Of a stretch of 64,000 bases of DNA, positions 61,777-64,000 are shown piece after piece. Where the stretch lies: NCBI GenBank assembly GCA_002269645.1, contig NIVC01000485.1, forward strand, positions 1 to 64,000. The letters are read 5' to 3'. Under the pieces are notes generated by a model. The model was given only the letters and a program-made list of their open reading frames with translations. It had not been told where the DNA came from and did not search any database. The position numbers and the translations under genes were made by a program. This DNA comes from Macrostomum lignano. Its lineage: Eukaryota. Each line of letters opens with the position of its first letter. The first letter of the stretch is position 1.

Positions 61777-63917
61777 CTATCTGGTTAGCGAAGTGATCAC
61801 AGCTGATGCCATCTCGAAAAACTGCATTGTTGAGCTGCTGGCGGGCTGCAAAGGGTTCGGATAGTTACATTAGTTCAGGTGCTGACATTGCAAAGGGGTC
61901 GAGCGTACAGTAGAGGAGGGAGGAGGGGGCTACGGACAGGACAAAAAGGGGGCGGTTGGGGAGGAGCGGAGGTGGGCGGTTGGGGAGGAGCGGAGGTGGG
62001 CGGTTGGGGAGGAGCGGAGGTGGGCGGTTGGGGAGGAGCGGAGGTGGGCGGTTGGGGAGGAGCGGAGGTGGGTGGTTGGAGAAGAGCGGAGGTGGGCGGT
62101 TGGGGAGGAGCGGAGGTGGGTGGTTGGAGAGGAGCGGAGGTGGGCGGTTGGGGAGGAGCGGAGGTGGGTGGTTGGGGAGGAGCGGAGGTGGGCGGTTGGG
62201 GAGGAGCGGAGGTGGGCGGTTGGGGAGGAGCGGAGGTGGGCGGTTGGGGAGGAGCGGAGGTGGGTGGTTGCGGAGGAGCGGAGGTGGGCGGTTGGGGAGG
62301 AGCGGAGGTGGGTGGTTGGGGAGGAGCGGAGGTGGGCGGTTGGGGAGGAGCGGAGGTGGGCGGTTGGGGAGGAGCGGAGGTGGGCGGTTGGGGAGGAGCG
62401 GAGGTGGGTGGTTGCGGAGGAGCGGAGGTGGGCGGTTGGGAAGGAGCGGAGGTGGGTGGTTGGGGAGGAGCGGAGGTGGGCGGTTGGTGAGGACCCAGGT
62501 GGGCGGTTGGTGAGGACCCAGGTGGGCGGTTGGGGAGGACCCAGGTGGGCGGTTGGTGAGGACCCAGGTGGGCGGTTGGGGAGGACCCAGTTGGGCGGTT
62601 GGTGAGGACCCAGGTGGGCGGTTGGGGAGGACCCAGGTGGGCGGTTGGTGAGGACCCAGGTGGGCGGTTGGTGAGGACCCAGGTGGGCAGTTGGGGAGGA
62701 GCGAGGAGGTGAGAGGTGGGCGATTGGGGAGGTGAGAGGGGGGCTGCCTGGGAGGAGCGGTCAGAGTGGATGGTTTGGCGCGGGAAAGCTGACTCACAAT
62801 CTCTGGGCGAGACAGCCAGTCGACATCATCCAGTCCAACACCGGCCTGGGCCAGGGTGGCAGCCTCTGGCGCGGTGACAATCTGGCGAAAGTCCAGCAGG
62901 TAGCTGCGGTCCTTGTCAACCAGGAACAGCTGCAGGGTGAGCTTGCAGTAGGAGCCGGTGCTGGGGTCCCGCTTGCGCACGCGGACCATGAAGTCGTTGA
63001 CGGCCTTCCATTCGAATCCGTTCTTAGCCAGCGCTTTGAATACCTGATCGATATGGTTCAGCGGCGAGTGGAATATATCCAATAGGATATTATGCAAGTA
63101 GGTGGAGTTTGAATAGGTTGGGGGGCTCGAGTAGGTTGAAGGCTTTTAGTGGGTTGGGGTTTAAGTAGGTTGAAGAGTTTGAATAGGTTAGAGGGTTTGA
63201 GTGGGTTGGGGGGTTTGAGTATGTTGAGGGGTTTGAGTAAGTTTGGGGTTTGAGTAGGTTTGGTGTTGGAGTAGGTTTGGGGGTTTGAGTGGGTTGGGGG
63301 GTTTGAGTAGGTTTGGGGGTTTGAGTAGGTTTGGGGGTTTGAGTAGGTAGGTTGGGGGTTTTGAGTAGGTTGAAGGGGTTTGAGTAGGTTGAGGGGTTTG
63401 AGTAGGTTTGGGGGTTTGAGTAGGTTGAGGGGTTTTGAGTAGGTTTGGGGGTTTGAGTAGGTTTGGGGGTTTGAGTAGGTTTGGGGGTTTGAGTAGGTAG
63501 GTTGGGGGTTTTGAGTAGGTTGAGGGGCTTGAGTACGTTGGGGGGTTTGAGTAGGTTGGTGGGTTAGAGTAGATTGGGGGATTTGAGAAGTTTGGGGGGT
63601 TGAGATAAGGTTTAAAAAATGAGAAGGCACCAGTGTTTGAGAATGAGCCTAATAGCTATAAGCAACCTCCATAAGCCTCCCCACAACAAACCTCGTGCAT
63701 GATATCGTGCGGGTTGCTCTGGCTCCTCAGGCCCAGATGCCACTTTGCCCGAGCTCCCCCGCCTGCGCCGCCTCCTCCGCCGCCTGCGCCGCCTCCTCCG
63801 CCGCCTGCGCCGCCGCCTCCTCCGCCGCCTCCGCCGCCGCCACCTCGAGGCGCAGCGCCAGACGCTTGGAGACTCTTGTTGAAGGCCATGCTCTGCGACA
63901 ATCGCTCCGGATGTTGG
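61777..63917 (-). CDS. PRKAA: AMP-activated protein kinase catalytic alpha subunit, last three exons (63917-63692, 63043-62798, 61845-61777)
   Basis: HPER motif, AKWHLGLRSQSNPHDIMHE|VFKAL..NGFEWK...KLTLQLF...YLLDF, terminal TMQFFEMASAVITSLTR*; GT-AG junctions are phase-compatible. Confidence 0.93.
61950..62730. repeat. 24-bp G-rich intronic minisatellite (AMPK last intron)
   Basis: Tandem GGGGAGGAGCGGAGGTGGG(C/T)GGTT, changing to GGTGAGGACCCAGGTGGGCGGTT. Confidence 0.95.
63105..63610. repeat. 18-19-bp G-rich intronic minisatellite (AMPK penultimate intron)
   Basis: Tandem TTTGAGTAGGTTTGGGGG. Confidence 0.92.
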
Positions 63918-64000
63918 CTTCAACAAAAAATTAAAGTGAAAAGAATCCGAATAACAAGCAGAAAAAGTATTGATAGTTCAATGATAATAACAAGGGGTCG

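Noticed and set aside
61865-63097. 410-aa Pro-rich ORF as a single gene
   Set aside because: Only 63043-62798 is an AMPK exon; the rest is intronic tandem repeat.

Overview
Repeat-rich animal (invertebrate-type) genomic DNA with short spliceosomal introns, minisatellite-filled introns and a 15-N scaffold gap (24772-24786); it is not prokaryotic. Species cannot be read from the sequence; the style resembles the flatworm Macrostomum, which is inference only. Host genes: three near-identical copies of an SLCO/OATP transporter (two direct on the minus strand, one inverted and structurally complete), a two-exon secreted helical protein of unknown family, a 5'-truncated LamG-like exon, and the last three exons of AMPK alpha. 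Mobile DNA: an internally deleted Ty3/gypsy element (twice), hAT-type MITEs, a 2.24-kb repeat carrying a solo LTR (twice), a foldback element and several LINEs. The most notable structure is a ~21.6-kb interval (36995-58640) bounded by ~400-bp terminal inverted repeats beginning CACTAC. It carries a Polinton-type protein-primed DNA polymerase B gene split by at least five 69-83-bp introns, with no visible integrase, capsid, ATPase or protease gene. A probable first exon with a polyQ tract has been split by two RNase H-bearing LINEs. The polymerase copy is damaged. Some lesions and the SLCO triplication may be assembly artefacts.
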